Below, in pieces: positions 28,105 through 36,467 of a stretch of DNA of 64,000 nt. A program made the translations under genes and the position numbers. The notes below the pieces were generated by a model. That model was not told the DNA's origin. It made no database searches and was given only the letters and a program-made list of their open reading frames with translations. The DNA is from an uncultured delta proteobacterium. GTDB taxonomy: Bacteria; Myxococcota_A; Polyangia; Fen-1088. The stretch is from assembly GCA_963755125.1 (NCBI GenBank), contig CAVWIP010000010.1, forward strand, positions 224,001 to 288,000, in the 5' to 3' direction. The stretch's first letter is position 1; each line of letters opens with the position of its first letter.

Positions 28105-29751
28105 GTGGAATCTGCTAGCCGATCCACGACCAGCAAGGCGCCGGCCTCGTCTGCCGGAAAGCCCCCGGCTGTGAACGACTTGGTCGCGGCGCCAGCGCCT
28201 GCCGTTGCCCAGGAACGCACACCCGAGCAGCGACGGTCGCCGGGCGACTTCTCGATTGCGCCTCCGCCGTCTGCCAAGGTGCCGCTCAAGGTTCTCTTCG
28301 TGGCCTCGGAAGTTGCGCCGTTCCGCAAGACCGGCGGTCTGGCCGATGTGGCAGGCTCTCTGCCGCGGGCGCTGGCACGCCGGGGCATCGACGTGCGCGT
28401 GGCGATGCCTCTGTACCAGGGCATCCCCTGGAGCGAACTGGAGCGGTTGGAGGGCGCCGTGCCCATTCCCATGTACTACGGCATGACCTGGGCGGGCGTG
28501 CGCATGGGGCGGCTTCCGGGCACCGACGTCCGGGTGTATTTCCTCGAGTACAACCGGTTCTTCGATCGGCCCGACCTGTACGGGCCGCCGGGACAGGCGT
28601 ACCAGGACAACCTGGAACGTTTCAGTCTGTTCTCGCGCGGCGCGCTCGAGCTGTGCAATGTGCTGGGCTGGATTCCCGATGTGATTCATGCCAACGACTG
28701 GCAGACCGCGCTGGTGCCGGCGTACGTGAACACGGTCGAGTGGGCCAAGCCCCTGCACGGCAGCGCCACCCTGTTCACCATCCACAATCTCGCCTACCAG
28801 GGGAACTGGGAGAGCGGCGCGATGTTCATCACCGGCCTGGGCTGGAACCATTTCAACTCGAACGAGTTCGAACACTTCGGTGACATGAACCTGATGAAGG
28901 CTGCCATCCGGCATTCCACCCTTCTCTCCACGGTCAGCCCGACCTATGCGCGCGAGATCCAGACCTCGGGCTACGGCTTCGGCCTCGACGGCGAGCTGGC
29001 CGCACGCGGGCGCGATCTGCGCGGGGTGCTCAATGGCATCGACGGTGAGGCGTGGAACGCGGCTACCGATCCGCACCTGGCCGCGCGTTTCGACAGGGAC
29101 GATCTGGCCGGCAAGGCGGTGTGCAAGGCGGCCCTGCAAAGGGAAATGGGATTGCCCGAGCGCCCTGATGTGCCTCTCTTCGGCGTGGTCGGACGTCTCA
29201 CGCCGCAGAAGGGCTTCGATGTGCTAGCGCACACGCTCGATCACGTCCTGGGCTGGAATCTGCAGATGGTCCTGCTGGGCTCGGGCGACGGAGAAGCGGA
29301 GCACTTCTTCTCGTCGGTGTGCGCCCGCCGGGGCGACAAATTCCGCGCCTACATCGGTTTTCAGGAAGGCCTCGCCCACCGCATCGAGGCGGGCTGCGAC
29401 TTTCTCCTCATGCCCTCGCGCTACGAGCCGTGCGGGCTCAGCCAGATGTACAGCCAGCGCTACGGAACCCTGCCCGTCGTGCGCGCCACGGGCGGTCTGG
29501 TGGACACCGTGCAGAACTACGACGAGCGCGCCGGCGCGGGCACTGGGTTCATGTTCCATGACCTCTACCCTTCGGCCATTGCCAACACCATGGGCTGGGC
29601 GGTTTCGACCTACTTCGATCGACCGGCCCACATCACGGCCATGCGACGGCAGGCCATGCAGCAGGATTTTTCGTGGGATCGCGCTGCGCAGGCCTATGAA
29701 CAGCTCTACCTGGAGGCGTACCAACGCCGGCGCGGGCATCCTTTCGGGTAG
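28105..29751 (+). CDS. glgA: Glycogen synthase (GT5)
   Basis: VLFVASEVAPFRKTGGLADV, HANDWQT, TIHNLAYQG, PSRYEPCGL; start uncertain (GTG at 28105, 28171 or 28279). Confidence 0.93.
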   Translation: MESASRSTTSKAPASSAGKPPAVNDLVAAPAPAVAQERTPEQRRSPGDFSIAPPPSAKVPLKVLFVASEVAPFRKTGGLADVAGSLPRALARRGIDVRVAMPLYQGIPWSELERLEGAVPIPMYYGMTWAGVRMGRLPGTDVRVYFLEYNRFFDRPDLYGPPGQAYQDNLERFSLFSRGALELCNVLGWIPDVIHANDWQTALVPAYVNTVEWAKPLHGSATLFTIHNLAYQGNWESGAMFITGLGWNHFNSNEFEHFGDMNLMKAAIRHSTLLSTVSPTYAREIQTSGYGFGLDGELAARGRDLRGVLNGIDGEAWNAATDPHLAARFDRDDLAGKAVCKAALQREMGLPERPDVPLFGVVGRLTPQKGFDVLAHTLDHVLGWNLQMVLLGSGDGEAEHFFSSVCARRGDKFRAYIGFQEGLAHRIEAGCDFLLMPSRYEPCGLSQMYSQRYGTLPVVRATGGLVDTVQNYDERAGAGTGFMFHDLYPSAIANTMGWAVSTYFDRPAHITAMRRQAMQQDFSWDRAAQAYEQLYLEAYQRRRGHPFG

Positions 29752-30101
29752 GGCTGGTTTCTTTCAGAACAAAGTCGCTTCAAGCGCCATTTTGCCTTCA
29801 CCGAATCGCATCTACACAGCCCACAGGTCGTCGCCCGGCAGCACCACGCCGACGATCAAGTTGGACGCCAGCGTTGCGAAAACGCAGCACGGCGGTAGCC
29901 AGACAACTTTCACGCCGTCTCGTGCCTGATCGGGCGTGACGAAGTACTTGCGCGATAAGGGTAACGGGCTGTTGAGATCTGACCCACCCGCGGCGGTGTG
30001 ATGCGCTTGCTGAGAAAGGCCCGGCCGATGCACCGTAGCAGCGCCGTCAAGATCGCTGTGACTGGTCTGCTCGGCACAAGGCGCTGGGGAGCGGTTCGCG
30101 C

Positions 30102-30107
30102 TATAGT
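30102..30107 (+). promoter_or_regulatory. -10 element, probably of a leaderless transcript
   Basis: TATAGT ends 7 nt before GTG 30114; no RBS. Confidence 0.45.
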
Positions 30108-30113
30108 TGTGTC

Positions 30114-30374
30114 GTGTCGTTGCCATTCTTGTCGGATGCGGAGGCCCGCCGCAGGGCGCGCGCGAGTTGGCGCATCGCTGTGCTGCCCCTGGCCGCCGAC
30201 ACCGACGATGACCTTTCCGGCGAAACAACGCCTGCACAACGGATCGCGATGATGTGGCCATTAGCTGTCGAAGCATGGCGGCTGGCCGGACGTCCCTTGC
30301 CCACATATTCACGGGCCGACCTGCCCTCGCGCGTTTTTCGTGACGCCCCTCCTGACGACGATGAACCTCGATAG
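30114..30374 (+). CDS. Small hypothetical protein, partner of the nucleotidyltransferase
   Basis: TPAQRIAMMWPL helix; overlaps the downstream start by 14 nt; start 30114 or 30129. Confidence 0.7.
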   Translation: MSLPFLSDAEARRRARASWRIAVLPLAADTDDDLSGETTPAQRIAMMWPLAVEAWRLAGRPLPTYSRADLPSRVFRDAPPDDDEPR

Positions 30375-30828
30375 TCTCAACCAGGACTTCCGCGACCTGC
30401 TGCTCGCTCTTGCCGATGGTGGAGTCGAATTTCTCGTCGTGGGCGCCTATGCCCTATCTTTCCACGGAGCCCCGCGCGCGAGCGGCGATATCGACGTCTT
30501 CGTCAGGGCAAGTCCGGCGAATGCCGCCGCCGTATGGAAAGCTCTGGTCGCCTTCGGCGCTCCTGTCGAGGCTGCGGGCGTCGTACCATCGGATTTCGAG
30601 AAACCGAATCTTGTCTACCAGATCGGTCTGCCCCCGCGCCGCATCGATGTGCTCACGACCATCTCGGGCGTCAGTTTCGACGAAGCGTGGGCCACACGCA
30701 TCCCCGCCGGAATCGATGGACGTGCGATCCATTTCATCGGCCGTGACATGTTCTTGCGCAACAAGGAAGCGGCCGGCCGTCCCAAGGATCTGGCTGACGC
30801 TGCCCGGTTGCGACGGTCGTCCCGATAG
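30361..30828 (+). CDS. Nucleotidyltransferase (pol-beta superfamily, DUF6036-like)
   Basis: LVVGAYAL..HG.PRASGDIDVFV; RIDVLTTISGV; NKEAAGRPKDLAD. Confidence 0.85.
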   Translation: MNLDSLNQDFRDLLLALADGGVEFLVVGAYALSFHGAPRASGDIDVFVRASPANAAAVWKALVAFGAPVEAAGVVPSDFEKPNLVYQIGLPPRRIDVLTTISGVSFDEAWATRIPAGIDGRAIHFIGRDMFLRNKEAAGRPKDLADAARLRRSSR

Positions 30829-30913
30829 TTCGCTGAAGGAAGGCCCCGACAAAGATTGTCGGACGCGCAGCCAGCAAGTTGCGCGCCCCCCGGACGCGGG
30901 TAGGGTTTCCGGG

Positions 30914-32830
30914 TCAGTCGCGGGTGAGGGAACGCACGCGGTCGCGGGCGCGGTCACCGAGGGGTGAGCCACCGGCGAGCACAGCGATACGCGACCAGGC
31001 CTGCGCGGCTTCGCTGATCCGTGCCAGTGCCTCCAGCGCGAGAGCGCGGTTGGTCAGCACACCGGTGTCGTCAGGCATGACGGCCAGACTGCGATCGAAA
31101 AGCGCGAGCGCCTGCTCGGCTCGGCCGGCGGCTCGATCGATCGCGCCGAGCCAGGCGCAGGCGGCTGCCTCCCGCTCGGGCGCAAGACAGCCCGGCGGGC
31201 CTGCCAGGGCCTGTCGATACGCATCGAGCGCGCGCTGGTTGTGGCCGCGATCGAGATCGAAGAAAAGATCGCCCAAACGAAGCTGCCACTCGCAAAGCGG
31301 CACCGGCGAGCCAGCAGGAGGCGTGGCCAGCGGCATGGTCGCGCTGCCCGCATCGACGGTGAAGGTGAAGCTGGCGGGGATCTCGTAGCGGGCAATGATA
31401 TCGCGCGCGGCCGGCAGCCGGCGCACGAACACGCGGGCGTCGTGCGCGCGAAAAACCAGCGCCCACTGCACAGGATCCCACCAGGCCACGCGTCGGTTGA
31501 TGCTGGCATAGTCCAGCAGCGCCGAGGTGACGCCGAAGTGGTCCATGGCTCGCGTCCATTCCTCGCGGGTCACCTCGCTGCGGCCCAGGAGTTGGTGGAA
31601 GCTGCGCGGGTAGGCGGGCAGGCGCGGATCGACGAACACGCGATGGCGCGGGTAGCCCTGCCAGATGAGAAAAGCGCCGGTCTCGAAGTCGTTGTACATC
31701 CGCTCGTGCAGACCGTGCTGGTCCACGAAATCCAGCGCTGCCAGGGGAAGATTGGCGCGGTCGAGATCGATGTCCAAGAAGCGGCCGTGTCGCTCGACAT
31801 CCGCCACCCGGGGTGCGAACGCGAGCAGCGCGAGCAGTGCTCCTGCGGCTCGCTCGATCTGGGTGCGAGTGGCCGGCGCGATCCGCCAGCGCATGCCCAC
31901 GGCCGTCAAGAGCGGCGCGGCCAGGATGGCGGCAACCAGCGCGAAGTCGGCCCCGAACCGCACGTGGCGTCCGGCCAGAAGAGCCAGGCCGAGCACGGGC
32001 AAGATCTCGCGCGCGCGAGGACGCACGCGCAGGGCCGCGCACAGGCCAAGGCCGAGCGCCAAGGCGCCGGTGTAGATCACCAAGGGCGTGTCCGAATGCC
32101 ACGCCAGGGGACGGAACTCGTCCACGGGATGGATGGCGAAGATGTCGGCGTGGAAGATGAGATAGCGGAAGATGCCCGGACCGACCGGCGTGGCCATCAG
32201 GGCCAGAGTGCAAAGCGCGGCGGCCAGCGCATGGTTGAACAGAGCCCGTCGAGAACCAGGCGACCGGGCGATGACTGCGCCGGCCAGCACGCCCAGTCCC
32301 GCCAGAGCGACGAGCACAGGGCCGACAAACGCGCCCGCGTGCAGATTGGCCCACAGAGCGACGACAGGCACGAGCAGCCAGGCCGTGCGACGGCCGTCCT
32401 GCAAGGCGGGCAGCAGGGATAGCACTACGACCTCGCCCAGCAGGGACACCACATGCGGCCGTTCCACCAGGCGCTCGCTCATACAGAAAGCGGCAGCCGC
32501 GAGCACCAGTGCTGCAATCACGCGGCCAGAACCACGCCGGCGCAGCAAGAGATAGGCGGCCACGAAGGTCGCCACGACGATGGCGGTCTTGCCCACGACC
32601 ACGGCGGGAAAACCGCCCAGGCGATACAACCAGGCGGTCGCTATGTCGAACAGCCAGGCGCTATCCAGGTAGGGCTGGTCGGGAAAAGTGAACGAAAATA
32701 GATTGCGGCCGGGCACATGACCGGTGCGCAGGATCTCCTGGCCATTGGCCAGACGAAAGAAGAGATCCGTCTCCTGGAGCGGGACCAGGCAGAGGCCGGC
32801 GACGAAGAGTACGAGCCCCAGGAGCGCCAT
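30914..32830 (-). CDS. Polytopic membrane protein with C-terminal TPRs (putative GT-C glycosyltransferase)
   Basis: Many TM helices; ETDLFFRLANGQEI, ERP, LWANLH motifs; TPR-like helices at the end. Confidence 0.75.
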   Translation of the reverse strand: MALLGLVLFVAGLCLVPLQETDLFFRLANGQEILRTGHVPGRNLFSFTFPDQPYLDSAWLFDIATAWLYRLGGFPAVVVGKTAIVVATFVAAYLLLRRRGSGRVIAALVLAAAAFCMSERLVERPHVVSLLGEVVVLSLLPALQDGRRTAWLLVPVVALWANLHAGAFVGPVLVALAGLGVLAGAVIARSPGSRRALFNHALAAALCTLALMATPVGPGIFRYLIFHADIFAIHPVDEFRPLAWHSDTPLVIYTGALALGLGLCAALRVRPRAREILPVLGLALLAGRHVRFGADFALVAAILAAPLLTAVGMRWRIAPATRTQIERAAGALLALLAFAPRVADVERHGRFLDIDLDRANLPLAALDFVDQHGLHERMYNDFETGAFLIWQGYPRHRVFVDPRLPAYPRSFHQLLGRSEVTREEWTRAMDHFGVTSALLDYASINRRVAWWDPVQWALVFRAHDARVFVRRLPAARDIIARYEIPASFTFTVDAGSATMPLATPPAGSPVPLCEWQLRLGDLFFDLDRGHNQRALDAYRQALAGPPGCLAPEREAAACAWLGAIDRAAGRAEQALALFDRSLAVMPDDTGVLTNRALALEALARISEAAQAWSRIAVLAGGSPLGDRARDRVRSLTRD

Positions 32831-32931
32831 GAATGGCCTCTAGTCCCGCGATGGCTGCCGAAGGTTGTGGCCGTGGCCGGACTGATCACCGTCGACCACG
32901 ACCACGTCCACGACCACGGTTTTCTGGAAAG

Positions 32932-33471
32932 CTACTTGATCGCCTTGGAAAGTTGGATGGCCTGGGCCTTGGTGCAGACCTTGGTGGACGCCGCCACGCT
33001 GACGAAGTATCCGCGGCCCGCCATGTACAGGCCCGTGCTGCCTGCAACCTGCGCCTCGGCCTTGGGCGACTTCGCCTTGTCGGTGACCCAGACCTTGCCC
33101 ACCTTCTTGAAGCTCATGAAGGGATCCGTGGGCTTCTCCAGCACTTCCTTGGCGATGGGCGAGTAGACCTGCACGTAGGTGCTGTCTTCGCTTTCACCCG
33201 CGACCTTGAACACGTACTTGCAGGTGTCTTTCGAACCGACTTCGCCCAAGTAGGTGGCGTCCGACTTGCCGCAAGCCGCGTACACGGCGTCCTTGCTCAG
33301 GTGAAGCGTGACGTCCGGGCTGCAGCACTTGCCGCCGCCGTACGCCTTGCAATTGCCCGCGGCTGCCGCCGCAGGCGCGTTCGGCGCTGCCTCGGGCCGC
33401 GACGGGATTGCCAGAACAAGGGCCGCAAGCGCCACGGCCGAACCAAGAACCAAGCTGCGTGTGAGGGTCAT
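32932..33471 (-). CDS. Secreted Cys-containing hypothetical protein
   Basis: Signal peptide; 6 Cys; Lys-rich natural-looking composition. Confidence 0.8.
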   Translation of the reverse strand: MTLTRSLVLGSAVALAALVLAIPSRPEAAPNAPAAAAAGNCKAYGGGKCCSPDVTLHLSKDAVYAACGKSDATYLGEVGSKDTCKYVFKVAGESEDSTYVQVYSPIAKEVLEKPTDPFMSFKKVGKVWVTDKAKSPKAEAQVAGSTGLYMAGRGYFVSVAASTKVCTKAQAIQLSKAIK

Positions 33472-33506
33472 GGCGGCAAATCCTACCACCGTCCGCCGGG
33501 TCGGGG

Positions 33507-34589
33507 TTACGGTTTGAACGCCGGCCAGGAAACGCCCAGAAACACCGGCTCGGGCACAAGCGTGATTCCCAAGCGCAACGCCACGGTGTCGCGCACGTGA
33601 ACCGCCAGGCGAATGAGATCGGCCGTGGAGCCGCCGCCGTGATGGACCAGGGCCAGGGCGTGCCTGCTGGAAACGCCGACCGGGCCCATGCGCAGGCCGC
33701 GCTGCACGCCCGCACGTTCCACCAGCCAGCCAGCAGCCAGCTTCACGCGGCCGTCGGGCAGCGGATACTGCGGCACTTCTTCAGGTGCCTGCACTATTCT
33801 TTCGGCCACGGCCTGGGCCGATACCGCCGCGGCCTGATCCGCGCTAACGATGGGATTGGTGAAAAACGACCCGGCGCTGCGCCGGTTGGGATCGTTGGCG
33901 TCGTACACCATGGACTTCTTGCGCCGCAGATCGAGCACGGCCTCGCGCACCTCCGCCAGCGACGCTCGCGCCCGGCCCGCCAGCGCGTTTGCCAGTTCCC
34001 GGTACGCGACCATCGGCTCCGCGCCCGGCCGGAGCGCGAAGCTCGCCGACAGCACGATGGCCCGCTCCGGATCGCGCTTGAACACACTGTTGCGATACGC
34101 GAAGCCGCACTCGGCGGCTGGCAGCTCGCGCACCTGCAGGGTGCGCCGGTCGAGCACGCGCAACGAGCAAAGCGTATCCGCCACCTCCTGGCCGTAGGCA
34201 CCGACATTCTGAATCGGCGTCGCGCCTGCGCTGCCCGGGATCCCCGACAGACATTCGATGCCCGCGAGATCGCGCGCCACCGCAGCGGCGACGACGTCAT
34301 CCCATGGCTCAGCGGCCTGCGCTTCCAGCAAAACATGATCGCCCTGGCTGCGAAATTCCGTTCCCCGTGCAGCCAATTGCAGCACCAGCCCGAAAAAGCC
34401 TGCCTCGCCCACCACCACATTCGATCCACCGCCCAGGACGAACACCGGTAGGTTCCGTTCCCCTGCCCAGCGCAGCGCCCACACCACATCCTCGCTGGTC
34501 GCCGCCTGGCAAAAGAAGCGCGCCGGTCCGCCCAACTCGAAGGTGGTCAGCGGCGCCAGGGGAACGTCTCGATGGATGACAGGTGGCAA
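33507..34589 (-). CDS. murB: UDP-N-acetylenolpyruvoylglucosamine reductase
   Basis: LGGGSN, IPGSAGATPIQNVGAYG, SAGSFFTNP, HALALV. Confidence 0.95.
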   Translation of the reverse strand: MPPVIHRDVPLAPLTTFELGGPARFFCQAATSEDVVWALRWAGERNLPVFVLGGGSNVVVGEAGFFGLVLQLAARGTEFRSQGDHVLLEAQAAEPWDDVVAAAVARDLAGIECLSGIPGSAGATPIQNVGAYGQEVADTLCSLRVLDRRTLQVRELPAAECGFAYRNSVFKRDPERAIVLSASFALRPGAEPMVAYRELANALAGRARASLAEVREAVLDLRRKKSMVYDANDPNRRSAGSFFTNPIVSADQAAAVSAQAVAERIVQAPEEVPQYPLPDGRVKLAAGWLVERAGVQRGLRMGPVGVSSRHALALVHHGGGSTADLIRLAVHVRDTVALRLGITLVPEPVFLGVSWPAFKP

Positions 34590-34595
34590 GCTTGT

Positions 34596-35339
34596 TTACT
34601 CAGCAACGAAACGGTACCCGCTCCCTCGAATGGTCAGCAGGTGTTTCGGCTGCTCGGGATCTCGCTCCAGCTTGGCGCGCAACTGGGCGATGAAGTTGTC
34701 CACCGTGCGCGCTTGACCGGGATGTTCCAGACCCCAGACCTGGCGCACCAGTTCCTCGCGCGAAAAGACCCGGCCGCCACTGCGGGCCAGGAAGACGAGC
34801 AACTCAAATTCCCGATGCGTGAGTTTGATCGGGCTGCCCGCGCGCGCCACCGTGCGCGTGTCGAGGTTGATCACCACGTCGCCGAAACGAATCTCGGCCT
34901 TCTTGCCGTCGCTGCCCAGCGAGTCGACCGGCGTATCTTGCCGGGGCAAATGCATGCGCACGCGCCGGAGCAGGGCCGCGACCCGAGCCAGCAGTTCGGC
35001 CAGCGCGAATGGCTTGGTCACATAGTCGTCCGCGCCCAGTTGCAGGGCAGCCACCTTGTCGAACTCGTCCTGGCGCGCGGACAGTACGATCACCGGTACG
35101 TGGTTGCCGGCTTCGCGCAGTCGTTGCAGAACCCAGATGCCACTTTGCTTGGGCAACGAGATGTCGAGCAAGACCAGATCCGGCCGGCCCTCTTCGATGC
35201 GCGTACGCGCCGTCTCGCCGTCGCCGACCGCTTCCGTGCGGTAGCCTTGCAAGCGCAGGTTCAGCGACAAGCCCTCCGCGATGGCCGCGTCGTCCTCGAC
35301 GATGATCACCAGCTGGCCTTCGTCGCCGGAACTGCTCAT
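34596..35339 (-). CDS. OmpR/PhoB-family response regulator
   Basis: VEDD, LLD, GADDYVTKPF; wHTH RTVDNFIAQLRAKLE..GSGYRF; ATGA overlap with the kinase. Confidence 0.93.
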   Translation of the reverse strand: MSSSGDEGQLVIIVEDDAAIAEGLSLNLRLQGYRTEAVGDGETARTRIEEGRPDLVLLDISLPKQSGIWVLQRLREAGNHVPVIVLSARQDEFDKVAALQLGADDYVTKPFALAELLARVAALLRRVRMHLPRQDTPVDSLGSDGKKAEIRFGDVVINLDTRTVARAGSPIKLTHREFELLVFLARSGGRVFSREELVRQVWGLEHPGQARTVDNFIAQLRAKLERDPEQPKHLLTIRGSGYRFVAE

Positions 35340-36265
35340 GCCGCCTCCACAGATTGCCGTGGCAGCAAGATGCGAAACCGTGCCCCGCAATTCTCTTCCG
35401 AGCGAACATCGATCTTGCCCGAATGGGCGGTCACGATGGCCCGCACCACCGCCAGCCCCAGCCCGGTGCCCGTACTGCCCCCGTTGACCGCGGCCGAGCC
35501 ACGCTGGAACTTCTTGAAAATGGCCTTGTGCTCAGAGCCGGGGATGCCCACGCCGTTGTCAGCGACCACGATGGACACCTGGGTCGCGTCGCCGCTGGCC
35601 TGCAACTCGATGCGCTTGCCTTGCGGTGGGGTGTATTTCCAGGCATTGCTCAGCAGATTCGCCAGGGCCTGAGCCAGCGCGGACTGGTCCCCGTTGACCG
35701 TCAGCCCCGGCTCCACGTTCACTCTCAGATCGACCTCGGTTCCAAACCGTATGGCTTCAAAAGCGACCAGCGCCTCGTTCACGATGTCGGCCACGGCGAC
35801 GGGTCGGCGGTCAAAGGCCGCATGGCGGGATTCGATGCGCGAAAGGGTCAGCAACTTGGCCACCAGACCGTCGAGGCGGGCCAGTTCCTGGTGGATCACG
35901 GTCAGGCAGCGCTGCTTCTCGGCGGGATCGTGGACCCGATCCTCGCGCAGGGTATCGATGAAGAGACGGATCGAGGTCAAGGGGGTGCGCAACTCGTGCG
36001 ACACCGAGGAGAGAAACTCGTTCTGCACGGCCGCCAGACTCGCTCCCCGAGCGACCAGGATCGTCCCAAGCACGTAGCCAGCCAGGGCTGTCGCGCAGAA
36101 GGCAAGCACCAAAATCCCGCCCACCACGGCCGCTGACTTCGATCCGCCGGTGGCCAACAGCACGATCCCGATCACGGTCATCAACACCGTCGGGATCAGC
36201 GCAGTCAGCATGAAGACCATGCGGGCGCGCTGCAGGAAAATGATGGTCGGTGACCGAATCTTCAC
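35336..36265 (-). CDS. Sensor histidine kinase (2 TM, minimal external loop)
   Basis: SHELRTPLT, NLLSNAWKY, DNGVGI, GTGLGL. Confidence 0.93.
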   Translation of the reverse strand: MKIRSPTIIFLQRARMVFMLTALIPTVLMTVIGIVLLATGGSKSAAVVGGILVLAFCATALAGYVLGTILVARGASLAAVQNEFLSSVSHELRTPLTSIRLFIDTLREDRVHDPAEKQRCLTVIHQELARLDGLVAKLLTLSRIESRHAAFDRRPVAVADIVNEALVAFEAIRFGTEVDLRVNVEPGLTVNGDQSALAQALANLLSNAWKYTPPQGKRIELQASGDATQVSIVVADNGVGIPGSEHKAIFKKFQRGSAAVNGGSTGTGLGLAVVRAIVTAHSGKIDVRSEENCGARFRILLPRQSVEAA

Positions 36266-36276
36266 GCCACCATTTT

Positions 36277-36444
36277 GTCAGAATGCCGGCATTGCCGCCC
36301 CGGAAAAACGGGGTGGCGTACCGACCCCTTTGTCAGCGACCCGCAACGGCTCGGTCATATTTGTGTCAGCGATGGGCGCCCAGCGGCCAGGCGCGGAAAA
36401 CTCCATCGCGTCAAGATGTGACCGTGTCGTGACAGCGGCCTGAC
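36277..36444. promoter_or_regulatory. 11-bp-phased GTCA/TGAC repeats (OmpR/PhoB-type operator candidates)
   Basis: GTCA at 36277, 36332, 36354, 36365; TGAC at 36419, 36430, 36441. Confidence 0.6.
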
Positions 36445-36467
36445 GGCGAAACGAGTAGTAAAGGGCC

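Noticed and set aside
32893..32918. GACCAC hexamer run
   Set aside because: Short simple repeat with no further support
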